Below, piece by piece: positions 31,301 through 43,900 of a DNA stretch of 64,000 nt (position 1 is the first letter of the stretch; each line of letters begins with the position of its first letter). A program made the position numbers and the translations under genes. Under the pieces are notes generated by a model. That model was not told where the DNA came from, ran no database searches, and saw nothing but the letters and a program-made list of their open reading frames with translations. The stretch comes from Bispira polyomma (lineage: Eukaryota), in assembly GCA_965649765.1 (NCBI GenBank), contig OZ287749.1, positions 38,254,001 to 38,318,000 of the forward strand, read 5' to 3'.

Positions 31301-33231
31301 TGAAGGCCTGGCCAGTAAAAATTCTGCAAAATCTTGTCCGTTGTCTTTCGTATGCCCAAATGTCCTCCAAGTAAAGCTTCATGCGCAAGCTTTAGTACTT
31401 TTGTTCTAAGTATCTTTGGAACCATCAATTGCTTCACCACGGAGCTGTTGACATCAGACAAAAACCTTCGGTAAAGTAGTCGAGACTTCACTTCAAACCA
31501 GGTCACATTGTTGCCTCTAACACATGACTTCTGCCCACTCTTGGCTAACTCCCAATAACGCTCAAGGCTGCTATCAGACATCTGGGCCTCAATCAGGTAG
31601 TCAACTGTGATGCTTGCATCCAATGGGGTCATGGTATGTAATCTCTTTTCAGGTCTGTCCCTTTTAGCTGCCTGACTTCGTGTTTGCACTGCATTCACAC
31701 TTTGGGAATTCTGTTGCGGATCACTTGAAATAACCAGTTGAATATCTTTTCCAGAAGACATCTTCCAGTCTGGATCAGGACTCCCTGGTGACCTCACTCC
31801 AGTAATATTTCCCAGCACAAGTGGACAGACAGGATTGTTCATGCACATCGCTTCGACAGTCCCAACAAAATATGGAGTATCAATTTCAATGGTAGCAGAG
31901 GACACTCTCTTACCTGTCCCATCCACTAATATACACAGGTGCTTCTTGCCCGTCAGCTGTTCAGGCTCCACCAAGCTTTGCTTTACCACCACACCAGTAC
32001 AGCCTGTATCTCTTAAGACATCAACAACATGGGATCCTACTTTTCCTTTTACCACAGGCATGTTCTTCAGAATACCCTTCTGTTTCTCATGTTGATCACA
32101 TGCCCCACTCACAATAGGAATCTTCTTTCCACATGCCAACTTGATGTTGTCCTGACTGACACAAGCATGCTCACAAGTATGTACAGCACAAGCAGAAGAA
32201 CCTTCTACACCTTTATCTTTGACCTGAGTCTTTACCGTTTCCTTCATATCTTCAGTAATCGCAGAGGCAATGGTCTTTACCCATGCTTTAGCTTTCAAAT
32301 GGCAGTCTTTAGCGATATGTCCCATTTTTCCACATTTAAAGCACTTCTTGCCAAAACTACTACCTTGCCTTTTGTTGTCCACTGAAACAGATTTACTAAC
32401 AGGTGGTTTGGATGTCTGTAAATCAGGATGGGCCGCTAGGTACATCTCTGCCAGTTCCGCCATCTCTGATGCAGTTGTTGGGTTCCTTTCCTTAAGAAAA
32501 ATAGCAAGACTTTTGCTACTGGCATTAAGAAACTGTTCCCTCACTAATAAGTCTTCAATTCCGTCAAAAGACTTCTCAGTATTGCTCAGTTCCACCCAAC
32601 GTTTTAAATAATTACGGAGTCTCTCCATGAACTGACCTGAGCTCTCACCAGGTGTAATTGTACCAGAACGAAACTTGACCCTGAAGCCCTCATCGTTCAG
32701 TTGGTATCTCTTGAGCAAAGCCGTCTTCAGTTTGTCATAATCATTTGCCTCCTCGTTACTGAGTCTTGAATACACTTCCAAGGCCTTACCAGTTAACAAC
32801 GCACTAAGATTGATGGACCAACTTTCCTCAGGCCACTTCTGACTTGCAGCGAAACGTTCAAAACGAAGCAAGTAAGCGTCCATATCAGACTTCCCATCTT
32901 CAAAAACAGGCAACTTTGGAGTATGCGACTTCGTATAATTCACGCTTGAAAAGGTACTTTGCTCAGCCCTGATTGAAACATCTGCAGCTCTAATCTCCAG
33001 TTCTTTCACATCTCTTTCCATCTGTAACCTCTCTCTATCACTTTGCTGTTGCAACTCGACCATATCTCTGTCATGTGCTCTTTTAAGTCGTCTCTCCTCT
33101 CTTTCTCTGTCTTGCACCTCCCTTTCTCTTGCCTGCTCTCCAGCCTGCTCCTCTCTGACAAACTCTCTCAGTTCCAACCCTTCATAACCCAACTCCTTCC
33201 CGAGTTTAATTAAGCGCTCTAGCTGATCCAT
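28309..33231 (-). CDS. Gag-Pol polyprotein copy
   Basis: 1640-aa ORF matching 3041-7963. Confidence 0.97.
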   Translation of the reverse strand: MDQLERLIKLGKELGYEGLELREFVREEQAGEQAREREVQDREREERRLKRAHDRDMVELQQQSDRERLQMERDVKELEIRAADVSIRAEQSTFSSVNYTKSHTPKLPVFEDGKSDMDAYLLRFERFAASQKWPEESWSINLSALLTGKALEVYSRLSNEEANDYDKLKTALLKRYQLNDEGFRVKFRSGTITPGESSGQFMERLRNYLKRWVELSNTEKSFDGIEDLLVREQFLNASSKSLAIFLKERNPTTASEMAELAEMYLAAHPDLQTSKPPVSKSVSVDNKRQGSSFGKKCFKCGKMGHIAKDCHLKAKAWVKTIASAITEDMKETVKTQVKDKGVEGSSACAVHTCEHACVSQDNIKLACGKKIPIVSGACDQHEKQKGILKNMPVVKGKVGSHVVDVLRDTGCTGVVVKQSLVEPEQLTGKKHLCILVDGTGKRVSSATIEIDTPYFVGTVEAMCMNNPVCPLVLGNITGVRSPGSPDPDWKMSSGKDIQLVISSDPQQNSQSVNAVQTRSQAAKRDRPEKRLHTMTPLDASITVDYLIEAQMSDSSLERYWELAKSGQKSCVRGNNVTWFEVKSRLLYRRFLSDVNSSVVKQLMVPKILRTKVLKLAHEALLGGHLGIRKTTDKILQNFYWPGLQNDVSRFSNSCDICQRTSQKGRLPKVPLQNMPIIDTPFKRVAIDLVGPINPVSDKKRLHTMTPLDASITVDYLIEAQMSDSSLERYWELAKSGQKSCVRGNNVTWFEVKSRLLYRRFLSDVNSSVVKQLMVPKILRTKVLKLAHEALLGGHLGIRKTTDKILQNFYWPGLQNDVSRFSNSCDICQRTSQKGRLPKVPLQNMPIIDTPFKRVAIDLVGPINPVSDRGYRYMLTLMDYATRYPEVVPLKRIDSEAVAEALVNIFTRVGVPSEVLSDQGSQFLSSVMSEVSRLLSINRLVTTPYHPMCNGLVEKFHLVLKSMLRRLCQEKPKDWDRYIPAVLFAYRETPQASLGFSPFELLYGRTVRGPMQILHELWTKEGTPDEVKTTYEYVIDLRNKLEDTCKLAQEELRKNQAKSKIWYDKKTKPRKFQVGDKVLVLLPTVANKLLMSWKGPYEVMDVKGVNDYSVSMKGKVKVIHANMLKHYLERRESDVRSDLPVGGAPLDMVAVSLIEEEQEETQENLIDLFPYLQNESYKDVTISPTLTENQKQEVQQLLKEYQDIFSDLPGTTDLVEHKIVLNTDEPVRKRPYPIPYHLRKVVDEEVETMLKLGVIGSCDSPYASPIVLVKKKDGKIRFCADYRNLNLQTVFSTEPMMTANDIYSKLSGDVFFSKFDMTKGYWQIPMEEGSQDKTCFLTPQGSFRFLKMPFGLVNATATFNKMVRKLLKDLYFCDSFVDDILCHTPLWDQHLSELRKLFQRLRNAHLTVKPSKCQIGFKNLNFLGNHVGDGSMKPDEEKVLNILSVPIPVTKKQVRSFLGFIGYYSKYIPNFSAISAPLSDLTKKGQPNKVLWQEPQDKAFQALKELLAKRPILRLPDFAKPFIVQSDASEYGIGAVLMQEGDDGKFPVEYASKKLSDTQKHYAVIEKECLSLVWAIKKFAPYLYGKEFLVETDHQPLIYIKRSKMDNSRIMRWALFLQSFSFKIRAIRSSENVAADYLSRA

Positions 33232-33672
33232 GTCACTATGGTTACCTTACACACTACTACTACTGGGGTACAACTTCTGGACAAGGCACACAAGGCCAAC
33301 CGTAACACTTTTGATCACTTACACACACTGTATGACTACAGCCACAGAACACTTGACTTGGGAATCCACCCAAAATAATGAGAATCCACTCAAATATGTG
33401 TGATGAGAATCCACTCTATCACAATCCTAATACTGAGAATCCACTCAGTTATTTACCTGAACACTTGTTCACAACGTAATAACCTTAAGTTGAGTATCCA
33501 CGCACCCACCCAAATAGTATGAAATCCAACACAACTGTTCCCGGAAATAATACTATGTACCCCCCTAAGCTGATATACATATAATACATGCAACTACCTT
33601 ACCCTGCCACACCTAGTATATACTTCTATGTTACATGTCACTAAATTTGGGATATCCTGGTCATGGCACCAA

Positions 33673-34532
33673 TGTTACATTTATGTTACATTTTAACACT
33701 AAAATGTTGGGTCAAAGATCGTATAGTAGTTCCCAAACCAAGTTTATTCTAAATACATGAAAACAACAACAATATACTATAACAAAAATAATATTTAAAC
33801 ACCCTAAATATCTGACGCCAGAACTATTAACGGTAATAATATTCCACAAGATGTAAACAAAACAAATGGTAAGTCAATTCAAAGTTCACAGTTGAACAAC
33901 AGTTAATTTGCTGTAACTCTACACCAGCAAATAAGGTACGTATCCAGCCTGTATAGCAGTATGGTAATTCTCCTTGAATGTAATGTACATATAATAGTTC
34001 ACCAGCATGTAGGAAATCAGAGTAGTCAAAGGTAACCAGTAGCGACCTCATTATACTAGGATCACATCAGTAAGACTTGGGTAGGTATAACCTCATGTAG
34101 CCCAGTTCACTACCAGCTATAGGGTGATGCTCACTATAGTCTACAAATAAAGGACTAAACTACTGAACATTGGGCTTGGAAATAAACTAAAGTAGTTCTC
34201 AACTGAGTATACATTAAAGCATGATAATAACAACCTACATCTATACAATAAGAAATAAACTACACATTAAACTAAAGAATCCTAATGCACAAATTATATA
34301 AAGTAATATTTACTCACATTATACACCCCAGTACAAAATAACCCAACTTGCTCCACCTTGTCCTTTTAACATGTGAGAAAGATTATACAAAGACAGAAGC
34401 CTAAATACCATAACAGGCAATATTCACATATTGAAAATCACACACACACAATCTGTGTTCTAACCATAGTATTTTCGTATTTAATTTACACTCAAATAAC
34501 CTAACCATAATATTTACACTCAATACACAACA
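33673..34532 (-). repeat. LTR copy
   Basis: Copy of 2088-2947. Confidence 0.75.
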
Positions 34533-34625
34533 TACTTCCACCCTAAGACCATACTTGCTATTGTTACAAAAATAACCGCCAACAACCTCACCCACAAACT
34601 ACTGTTCAGCAATCTTAAAAATAAA

Positions 34626-37600
34626 TTACGCTCTGCTCAGATAGTCAGCAGCAACATTTTCTGAACTCCTTATAGCTCTAATCTTGAAACTAAATGATTG
34701 TAAGAACAATGCCCAACGCATAATGCGGCTATTATCCATTTTTGACCTCTTAATGTAAATGAGGGGCTGATGATCAGTCTCAACTAAGAATTCTTTCCCA
34801 TACAAATATGGAGCAAATTTCTTGATTGCCCAAACTAGTGATAAGCATTCTTTCTCTATTACAGCATAGTGCTTTTGAGTATCAGACAGCTTTTTACTAG
34901 CATATTCTACAGGAAACTTGCCATCATCACCTTCCTGCATCAATACCGCTCCTATACCATATTCAGAGGCATCACTCTGCACAATAAATGGTTTCGCAAA
35001 ATCTGGTAATCTTAGAATTGGTCTCTTTGCTAGAAGTTCTTTCAAAGCCTGAAAAGCTTTATCTTGAGGTTCCTGCCACAGTACTTTGTTAGGTTGACCT
35101 TTCTTAGTGAGATCCGATAATGGTGCAGAGATAGCACTGAAGTTGGGAATATACTTCGAGTAGTAACCAATAAAACCAAGGAAACTTCGCACCTGCTTCT
35201 TGGTCACAGGTATAGGCACTGACAAAATATTCAAAACCTTTTCTTCGTCCGGTTTCATAGAACCATCACCAACATGATTCCCTAAAAAATTGAGGTTTTT
35301 GAAACCTATTTGACACTTTGACGGCTTTACGGTTAAGTGCGCATTTCTGAGTCGCTGGAAGAGTTTCCTCAATTCACTCAAATGCTGGTCCCACAAAGGC
35401 GTGTGACATAGAATATCATCTACAAAACTGTCACAGAAATACAGATCTTTCAATAACTTCCGCACCATCTTGTTGAAGGTTGCCGTAGCATTTACCAAGC
35501 CAAAAGGCATCTTGAGAAAGCGAAAGCTTCCCTGAGGAGTGAGAAAGCACGTCTTATCTTGACTACCTTCTTCCATTGGTATTTGCCAGTATCCCTTTGT
35601 CATGTCAAACTTACTGAAGAATACATCCCCTGACAATTTTGAATATATGTCATTAGCCGTCATCATTGGCTCTGTTGAAAATACAGTTTGTAGGTTAAGA
35701 TTCCGATAATCTGCACAGAAGCGAATTTTCCCGTCCTTTTTCTTCACCAGCACAATAGGTGATGCGTAAGGTGAGTCACAACTACCGATCACACCCAACT
35801 TCAGCATAGTCTCAACTTCTTCATCAACGACCTTCCGGAGATGATAAGGTATGGGATATGGCCTCTTCCTGACAGGCTCATCAGTATTCAACACAATTTT
35901 GTGCTCTACTAAATCCGTAGTGCCTGGCAAATCAGAAAATATATCTTGGTACTCTTTGAGTAACTGTTGGACTTCTTGCTTTTGATTTTCTGTTAGTGTA
36001 GGACTAATGGTCACATCTTTGTAAGATTCATTCTGAAGATACGGAAATAAATCAATTAAGTTTTCTTGCGTCTCTTCTTGTTCCTCCTCAATCAAAGATA
36101 CAGCCACCATGTCCAATGGTGCACCACCAACAGGCAAGTCACTTCTCACATCACTTTCACGTCGTTCGAGGTAATGCTTCAACATGTTAGCGTGAATAAC
36201 TTTCACCTTCCCTTTCATGCTGACAGAGTAGTCATTCACACCCTTAACATCCATGACCTCATACGGACCTTTCCAAGACATCAACAGTTTATTGGCTACA
36301 GTAGGCAGTAATACCAGAACCTTATCACCAACTTGGAATTTCCTCGGTTTGGTCTTCTTATCATACCATATCTTCGATTTTGCTTGATTCTTTCTCAACT
36401 CTTCTTGGGCCAACTTACAAGTATCTTCCAATTTATTTCTCAAATCAATAACATACTCATAGGTTGTCTTGACTTCATCTGGGGTTCCTTCCTTTGTCCA
36501 CAACTCATGAAGTATCTGCATAGGTCCACGGACAGTTCTTCCATAGAGCAACTCAAATGGTGAAAATCCTAGGCTAGCTTGAGGAGTCTCTCTATAGGCA
36601 AATAAAACTGCCGGAATGTACCGGTCCCAGTCTTTAGGTTTCTCCTGACATAACCTTCTCAGCATTGACTTCAGTACAAGGTGGAATTTCTCAACAAGCC
36701 CATTGCACATGGGGTGGTACGGTGTAGTAACCAGCCGGTTGATACTCAGCAACCGTGAGACCTCAGACATCACACTGCTCAGGAACTGAGAACCTTGGTC
36801 ACTCAAAACTTCTGATGGCACACCTACTCTTGTAAATATGTTGACCAATGCCTCGGCAACAGCTTCAGAATCTATGCGTTTCAATGGAACAACCTCTGGA
36901 TACCTGGTGGCATAGTCCATCAAAGTTAACATATAACGGTAGCCCCTATCTGAAACTGGATTAATGGGTCCAACCAAGTCAATCGCTACCCTTTTGAAGG
37001 GCGTGTCAATTATGGGCATGTTTTGCAATGGAACTTTTGGCAGTCTTCCCTTCTGTGAAGTCCTCTGGCATATGTCACACGAATTACTGAATCTGCTGAC
37101 ATCATTTTGAAGGCCTGGCCAGTAAAAATTCTGCAAAATCTTGTCCGTTGTCTTTCGTATGCCCAAATGTCCTCCAAGTAAAGCTTCATGCGCAAGCTTT
37201 AGTACTTTTGTTCTAAGTATCTTTGGAACCATCAATTGCTTCACCACGGAGCTGTTGACATCAGACAAAAACCTTCGGTAAAGTAGTCGAGACTTCACTT
37301 CAAACCAGGTCACATTGTTGCCTCTAACACATGACTTCTGCCCACTCTTGGCTAACTCCCAATAACGCTCAAGGCTGCTATCAGACATCTGGGCCTCAAT
37401 CAGGTAGTCAACTGTGATGCTTGCATCCAATGGGGTCATGGTATGTAATCTCTTTTTATCTGAAACTGGATTAATGGGTCCAACCAAGTCAATCGCTACC
37501 CTTTTGAAGGGCGTGTCAATTATGGGCATGTTTTGCAATGGAACTTTTGGCAGTCTTCCCTTCTGTGAAGTCCTCTGGCATATGTCACACGAATTACTGA

Positions 37601-39548
37601 ATCTGCTGACATCATTTTGAAGGCCTGGCCAGTAAAAATTCTGCAAAATCTTGTCCGTTGTCTTTCGTATGCCCAAATGTCCTCCAAGTAAAGCTTCATG
37701 CGCAAGCTTTAGTACTTTTGTTCTAAGTATCTTTGGAACCATCAATTGCTTCACCACGGAGCTGTTGACATCAGACAAAAACCTTCGGTAAAGTAGTCGA
37801 GACTTCACTTCAAACCAGGTCACATTGTTGCCTCTAACACATGACTTCTGCCCACTCTTGGCTAACTCCCAATAACGCTCAAGGCTGCTATCAGACATCT
37901 GGGCCTCAATCAGGTAGTCAACTGTGATGCTTGCATCCAATGGGGTCATGGTATGTAATCTCTTTTCAGGTCTGTCCCTTTTAGCTGCCTGACTTCGTGT
38001 TTGCACTGCATTCACACTTTGGGAATTCTGTTGCGGATCACTTGAAATAACCAGTTGAATATCTTTTCCAGAAGACATCTTCCAGTCTGGATCAGGACTC
38101 CCTGGTGACCTCACTCCAGTAATATTTCCCAGCACAAGTGGACAGACAGGATTGTTCATGCACATCGCTTCGACAGTCCCAACAAAATATGGAGTATCAA
38201 TTTCAATGGTAGCAGAGGACACTCTCTTACCTGTCCCATCCACTAATATACACAGGTGCTTCTTGCCCGTCAGCTGTTCAGGCTCCACCAAGCTTTGCTT
38301 TACCACCACACCAGTACAGCCTGTATCTCTTAAGACATCAACAACATGGGATCCTACTTTTCCTTTTACCACAGGCATGTTCTTCAGAATACCCTTCTGT
38401 TTCTCATGTTGATCACATGCCCCACTCACAATAGGAATCTTCTTTCCACATGCCAACTTGATGTTGTCCTGACTGACACAAGCATGCTCACAAGTATGTA
38501 CAGCACAAGCAGAAGAACCTTCTACACCTTTATCTTTGACCTGAGTCTTTACCGTTTCCTTCATATCTTCAGTAATCGCAGAGGCAATGGTCTTTACCCA
38601 TGCTTTAGCTTTCAAATGGCAGTCTTTAGCGATATGTCCCATTTTTCCACATTTAAAGCACTTCTTGCCAAAACTACTACCTTGCCTTTTGTTGTCCACT
38701 GAAACAGATTTACTAACAGGTGGTTTGGATGTCTGTAAATCAGGATGGGCCGCTAGGTACATCTCTGCCAGTTCCGCCATCTCTGATGCAGTTGTTGGGT
38801 TCCTTTCCTTAAGAAAAATAGCAAGACTTTTGCTACTGGCATTAAGAAACTGTTCCCTCACTAATAAGTCTTCAATTCCGTCAAAAGACTTCTCAGTATT
38901 GCTCAGTTCCACCCAACGTTTTAAATAATTACGGAGTCTCTCCATGAACTGACCTGAGCTCTCACCAGGTGTAATTGTACCAGAACGAAACTTGACCCTG
39001 AAGCCCTCATCGTTCAGTTGGTATCTCTTGAGCAAAGCCGTCTTCAGTTTGTCATAATCATTTGCCTCCTCGTTACTGAGTCTTGAATACACTTCCAAGG
39101 CCTTACCAGTTAACAACGCACTAAGATTGATGGACCAACTTTCCTCAGGCCACTTCTGACTTGCAGCGAAACGTTCAAAACGAAGCAAGTAAGCGTCCAT
39201 ATCAGACTTCCCATCTTCAAAAACAGGCAACTTTGGAGTATGCGACTTCGTATAATTCACGCTTGAAAAGGTACTTTGCTCAGCCCTGATTGAAACATCT
39301 GCAGCTCTAATCTCCAGTTCTTTCACATCTCTTTCCATCTGTAACCTCTCTCTATCACTTTGCTGTTGCAACTCGACCATATCTCTGTCATGTGCTCTTT
39401 TAAGTCGTCTCTCCTCTCTTTCTCTGTCTTGCACCTCCCTTTCTCTTGCCTGCTCTCCAGCCTGCTCCTCTCTGACAAACTCTCTCAGTTCCAACCCTTC
39501 ATAACCCAACTCCTTCCCGAGTTTAATTAAGCGCTCTAGCTGATCCAT
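34626..39548 (-). CDS. Gag-Pol polyprotein copy
   Basis: 1640-aa ORF matching 3041-7963. Confidence 0.97.
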   Translation of the reverse strand: MDQLERLIKLGKELGYEGLELREFVREEQAGEQAREREVQDREREERRLKRAHDRDMVELQQQSDRERLQMERDVKELEIRAADVSIRAEQSTFSSVNYTKSHTPKLPVFEDGKSDMDAYLLRFERFAASQKWPEESWSINLSALLTGKALEVYSRLSNEEANDYDKLKTALLKRYQLNDEGFRVKFRSGTITPGESSGQFMERLRNYLKRWVELSNTEKSFDGIEDLLVREQFLNASSKSLAIFLKERNPTTASEMAELAEMYLAAHPDLQTSKPPVSKSVSVDNKRQGSSFGKKCFKCGKMGHIAKDCHLKAKAWVKTIASAITEDMKETVKTQVKDKGVEGSSACAVHTCEHACVSQDNIKLACGKKIPIVSGACDQHEKQKGILKNMPVVKGKVGSHVVDVLRDTGCTGVVVKQSLVEPEQLTGKKHLCILVDGTGKRVSSATIEIDTPYFVGTVEAMCMNNPVCPLVLGNITGVRSPGSPDPDWKMSSGKDIQLVISSDPQQNSQSVNAVQTRSQAAKRDRPEKRLHTMTPLDASITVDYLIEAQMSDSSLERYWELAKSGQKSCVRGNNVTWFEVKSRLLYRRFLSDVNSSVVKQLMVPKILRTKVLKLAHEALLGGHLGIRKTTDKILQNFYWPGLQNDVSRFSNSCDICQRTSQKGRLPKVPLQNMPIIDTPFKRVAIDLVGPINPVSDKKRLHTMTPLDASITVDYLIEAQMSDSSLERYWELAKSGQKSCVRGNNVTWFEVKSRLLYRRFLSDVNSSVVKQLMVPKILRTKVLKLAHEALLGGHLGIRKTTDKILQNFYWPGLQNDVSRFSNSCDICQRTSQKGRLPKVPLQNMPIIDTPFKRVAIDLVGPINPVSDRGYRYMLTLMDYATRYPEVVPLKRIDSEAVAEALVNIFTRVGVPSEVLSDQGSQFLSSVMSEVSRLLSINRLVTTPYHPMCNGLVEKFHLVLKSMLRRLCQEKPKDWDRYIPAVLFAYRETPQASLGFSPFELLYGRTVRGPMQILHELWTKEGTPDEVKTTYEYVIDLRNKLEDTCKLAQEELRKNQAKSKIWYDKKTKPRKFQVGDKVLVLLPTVANKLLMSWKGPYEVMDVKGVNDYSVSMKGKVKVIHANMLKHYLERRESDVRSDLPVGGAPLDMVAVSLIEEEQEETQENLIDLFPYLQNESYKDVTISPTLTENQKQEVQQLLKEYQDIFSDLPGTTDLVEHKIVLNTDEPVRKRPYPIPYHLRKVVDEEVETMLKLGVIGSCDSPYASPIVLVKKKDGKIRFCADYRNLNLQTVFSTEPMMTANDIYSKLSGDVFFSKFDMTKGYWQIPMEEGSQDKTCFLTPQGSFRFLKMPFGLVNATATFNKMVRKLLKDLYFCDSFVDDILCHTPLWDQHLSELRKLFQRLRNAHLTVKPSKCQIGFKNLNFLGNHVGDGSMKPDEEKVLNILSVPIPVTKKQVRSFLGFIGYYSKYIPNFSAISAPLSDLTKKGQPNKVLWQEPQDKAFQALKELLAKRPILRLPDFAKPFIVQSDASEYGIGAVLMQEGDDGKFPVEYASKKLSDTQKHYAVIEKECLSLVWAIKKFAPYLYGKEFLVETDHQPLIYIKRSKMDNSRIMRWALFLQSFSFKIRAIRSSENVAADYLSRA

Positions 39549-39989
39549 GTCACTATGGTTACCTTACACACTACTACTACTGGGGTACAACTTCTGGACA
39601 AGGCACACAAGGCCAACCGTAACACTTTTGATCACTTACACACACTGTATGACTACAGCCACAGAACACTTGACTTGGGAATCCACCCAAAATAATGAGA
39701 ATCCACTCAAATATGTGTGATGAGAATCCACTCTATCACAATCCTAATACTGAGAATCCACTCAGTTATTTACCTGAACACTTGTTCACAACGTAATAAC
39801 CTTAAGTTGAGTATCCACGCACCCACCCAAATAGTATGAAATCCAACACAACTGTTCCCGGAAATAATACTATGTACCCCCCTAAGCTGATATACATATA
39901 ATACATGCAACTACCTTACCCTGCCACACCTAGTATATACTTCTATGTTACATGTCACTAAATTTGGGATATCCTGGTCATGGCACCAA

Positions 39990-40849
39990 TGTTACATTTA
40001 TGTTACATTTTAACACTAAAATGTTGGGTCAAAGATCGTATAGTAGTTCCCAAACCAAGTTTATTCTAAATACATGAAAACAACAACAATATACTATAAC
40101 AAAAATAATATTTAAACACCCTAAATATCTGACGCCAGAACTATTAACGGTAATAATATTCCACAAGATGTAAACAAAACAAATGGTAAGTCAATTCAAA
40201 GTTCACAGTTGAACAACAGTTAATTTGCTGTAACTCTACACCAGCAAATAAGGTACGTATCCAGCCTGTATAGCAGTATGGTAATTCTCCTTGAATGTAA
40301 TGTACATATAATAGTTCACCAGCATGTAGGAAATCAGAGTAGTCAAAGGTAACCAGTAGCGACCTCATTATACTAGGATCACATCAGTAAGACTTGGGTA
40401 GGTATAACCTCATGTAGCCCAGTTCACTACCAGCTATAGGGTGATGCTCACTATAGTCTACAAATAAAGGACTAAACTACTGAACATTGGGCTTGGAAAT
40501 AAACTAAAGTAGTTCTCAACTGAGTATACATTAAAGCATGATAATAACAACCTACATCTATACAATAAGAAATAAACTACACATTAAACTAAAGAATCCT
40601 AATGCACAAATTATATAAAGTAATATTTACTCACATTATACACCCCAGTACAAAATAACCCAACTTGCTCCACCTTGTCCTTTTAACATGTGAGAAAGAT
40701 TATACAAAGACAGAAGCCTAAATACCATAACAGGCAATATTCACATATTGAAAATCACACACACACAATCTGTGTTCTAACCATAGTATTTTCGTATTTA
40801 ATTTACACTCAAATAACCTAACCATAATATTTACACTCAATACACAACA
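39990..40849 (-). repeat. LTR copy
   Basis: Copy of 2088-2947. Confidence 0.75.
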
Positions 40850-40942
40850 TACTTCCACCCTAAGACCATACTTGCTATTGTTACAAAAATAACCGCCAAC
40901 AACCTCACCCACAAACTACTGTTCAGCAATCTTAAAAATAAA

Positions 40943-43900
40943 TTACGCTCTGCTCAGATAGTCAGCAGCAACATTTTCTGAACTCCTTATAGCTCTAATC
41001 TTGAAACTAAATGATTGTAAGAACAATGCCCAACGCATAATGCGGCTATTATCCATTTTTGACCTCTTAATGTAAATGAGGGGCTGATGATCAGTCTCAA
41101 CTAAGAATTCTTTCCCATACAAATATGGAGCAAATTTCTTGATTGCCCAAACTAGTGATAAGCATTCTTTCTCTATTACAGCATAGTGCTTTTGAGTATC
41201 AGACAGCTTTTTACTAGCATATTCTACAGGAAACTTGCCATCATCACCTTCCTGCATCAATACCGCTCCTATACCATATTCAGAGGCATCACTCTGCACA
41301 ATAAATGGTTTCGCAAAATCTGGTAATCTTAGAATTGGTCTCTTTGCTAGAAGTTCTTTCAAAGCCTGAAAAGCTTTATCTTGAGGTTCCTGCCACAGTA
41401 CTTTGTTAGGTTGACCTTTCTTAGTGAGATCCGATAATGGTGCAGAGATAGCACTGAAGTTGGGAATATACTTCGAGTAGTAACCAATAAAACCAAGGAA
41501 ACTTCGCACCTGCTTCTTGGTCACAGGTATAGGCACTGACAAAATATTCAAAACCTTTTCTTCGTCCGGTTTCATAGAACCATCACCAACATGATTCCCT
41601 AAAAAATTGAGGTTTTTGAAACCTATTTGACACTTTGACGGCTTTACGGTTAAGTGCGCATTTCTGAGTCGCTGGAAGAGTTTCCTCAATTCACTCAAAT
41701 GCTGGTCCCACAAAGGCGTGTGACATAGAATATCATCTACAAAACTGTCACAGAAATACAGATCTTTCAATAACTTCCGCACCATCTTGTTGAAGGTTGC
41801 CGTAGCATTTACCAAGCCAAAAGGCATCTTGAGAAAGCGAAAGCTTCCCTGAGGAGTGAGAAAGCACGTCTTATCTTGACTACCTTCTTCCATTGGTATT
41901 TGCCAGTATCCCTTTGTCATGTCAAACTTACTGAAGAATACATCCCCTGACAATTTTGAATATATGTCATTAGCCGTCATCATTGGCTCTGTTGAAAATA
42001 CAGTTTGTAGGTTAAGATTCCGATAATCTGCACAGAAGCGAATTTTCCCGTCCTTTTTCTTCACCAGCACAATAGGTGATGCGTAAGGTGAGTCACAACT
42101 ACCGATCACACCCAACTTCAGCATAGTCTCAACTTCTTCATCAACGACCTTCCGGAGATGATAAGGTATGGGATATGGCCTCTTCCTGACAGGCTCATCA
42201 GTATTCAACACAATTTTGTGCTCTACTAAATCCGTAGTGCCTGGCAAATCAGAAAATATATCTTGGTACTCTTTGAGTAACTGTTGGACTTCTTGCTTTT
42301 GATTTTCTGTTAGTGTAGGACTAATGGTCACATCTTTGTAAGATTCATTCTGAAGATACGGAAATAAATCAATTAAGTTTTCTTGCGTCTCTTCTTGTTC
42401 CTCCTCAATCAAAGATACAGCCACCATGTCCAATGGTGCACCACCAACAGGCAAGTCACTTCTCACATCACTTTCACGTCGTTCGAGGTAATGCTTCAAC
42501 ATGTTAGCGTGAATAACTTTCACCTTCCCTTTCATGCTGACAGAGTAGTCATTCACACCCTTAACATCCATGACCTCATACGGACCTTTCCAAGACATCA
42601 ACAGTTTATTGGCTACAGTAGGCAGTAATACCAGAACCTTATCACCAACTTGGAATTTCCTCGGTTTGGTCTTCTTATCATACCATATCTTCGATTTTGC
42701 TTGATTCTTTCTCAACTCTTCTTGGGCCAACTTACAAGTATCTTCCAATTTATTTCTCAAATCAATAACATACTCATAGGTTGTCTTGACTTCATCTGGG
42801 GTTCCTTCCTTTGTCCACAACTCATGAAGTATCTGCATAGGTCCACGGACAGTTCTTCCATAGAGCAACTCAAATGGTGAAAATCCTAGGCTAGCTTGAG
42901 GAGTCTCTCTATAGGCAAATAAAACTGCCGGAATGTACCGGTCCCAGTCTTTAGGTTTCTCCTGACATAACCTTCTCAGCATTGACTTCAGTACAAGGTG
43001 GAATTTCTCAACAAGCCCATTGCACATGGGGTGGTACGGTGTAGTAACCAGCCGGTTGATACTCAGCAACCGTGAGACCTCAGACATCACACTGCTCAGG
43101 AACTGAGAACCTTGGTCACTCAAAACTTCTGATGGCACACCTACTCTTGTAAATATGTTGACCAATGCCTCGGCAACAGCTTCAGAATCTATGCGTTTCA
43201 ATGGAACAACCTCTGGATACCTGGTGGCATAGTCCATCAAAGTTAACATATAACGGTAGCCCCTATCTGAAACTGGATTAATGGGTCCAACCAAGTCAAT
43301 CGCTACCCTTTTGAAGGGCGTGTCAATTATGGGCATGTTTTGCAATGGAACTTTTGGCAGTCTTCCCTTCTGTGAAGTCCTCTGGCATATGTCACACGAA
43401 TTACTGAATCTGCTGACATCATTTTGAAGGCCTGGCCAGTAAAAATTCTGCAAAATCTTGTCCGTTGTCTTTCGTATGCCCAAATGTCCTCCAAGTAAAG
43501 CTTCATGCGCAAGCTTTAGTACTTTTGTTCTAAGTATCTTTGGAACCATCAATTGCTTCACCACGGAGCTGTTGACATCAGACAAAAACCTTCGGTAAAG
43601 TAGTCGAGACTTCACTTCAAACCAGGTCACATTGTTGCCTCTAACACATGACTTCTGCCCACTCTTGGCTAACTCCCAATAACGCTCAAGGCTGCTATCA
43701 GACATCTGGGCCTCAATCAGGTAGTCAACTGTGATGCTTGCATCCAATGGGGTCATGGTATGTAATCTCTTTTTATCTGAAACTGGATTAATGGGTCCAA
43801 CCAAGTCAATCGCTACCCTTTTGAAGGGCGTGTCAATTATGGGCATGTTTTGCAATGGAACTTTTGGCAGTCTTCCCTTCTGTGAAGTCCTCTGGCATAT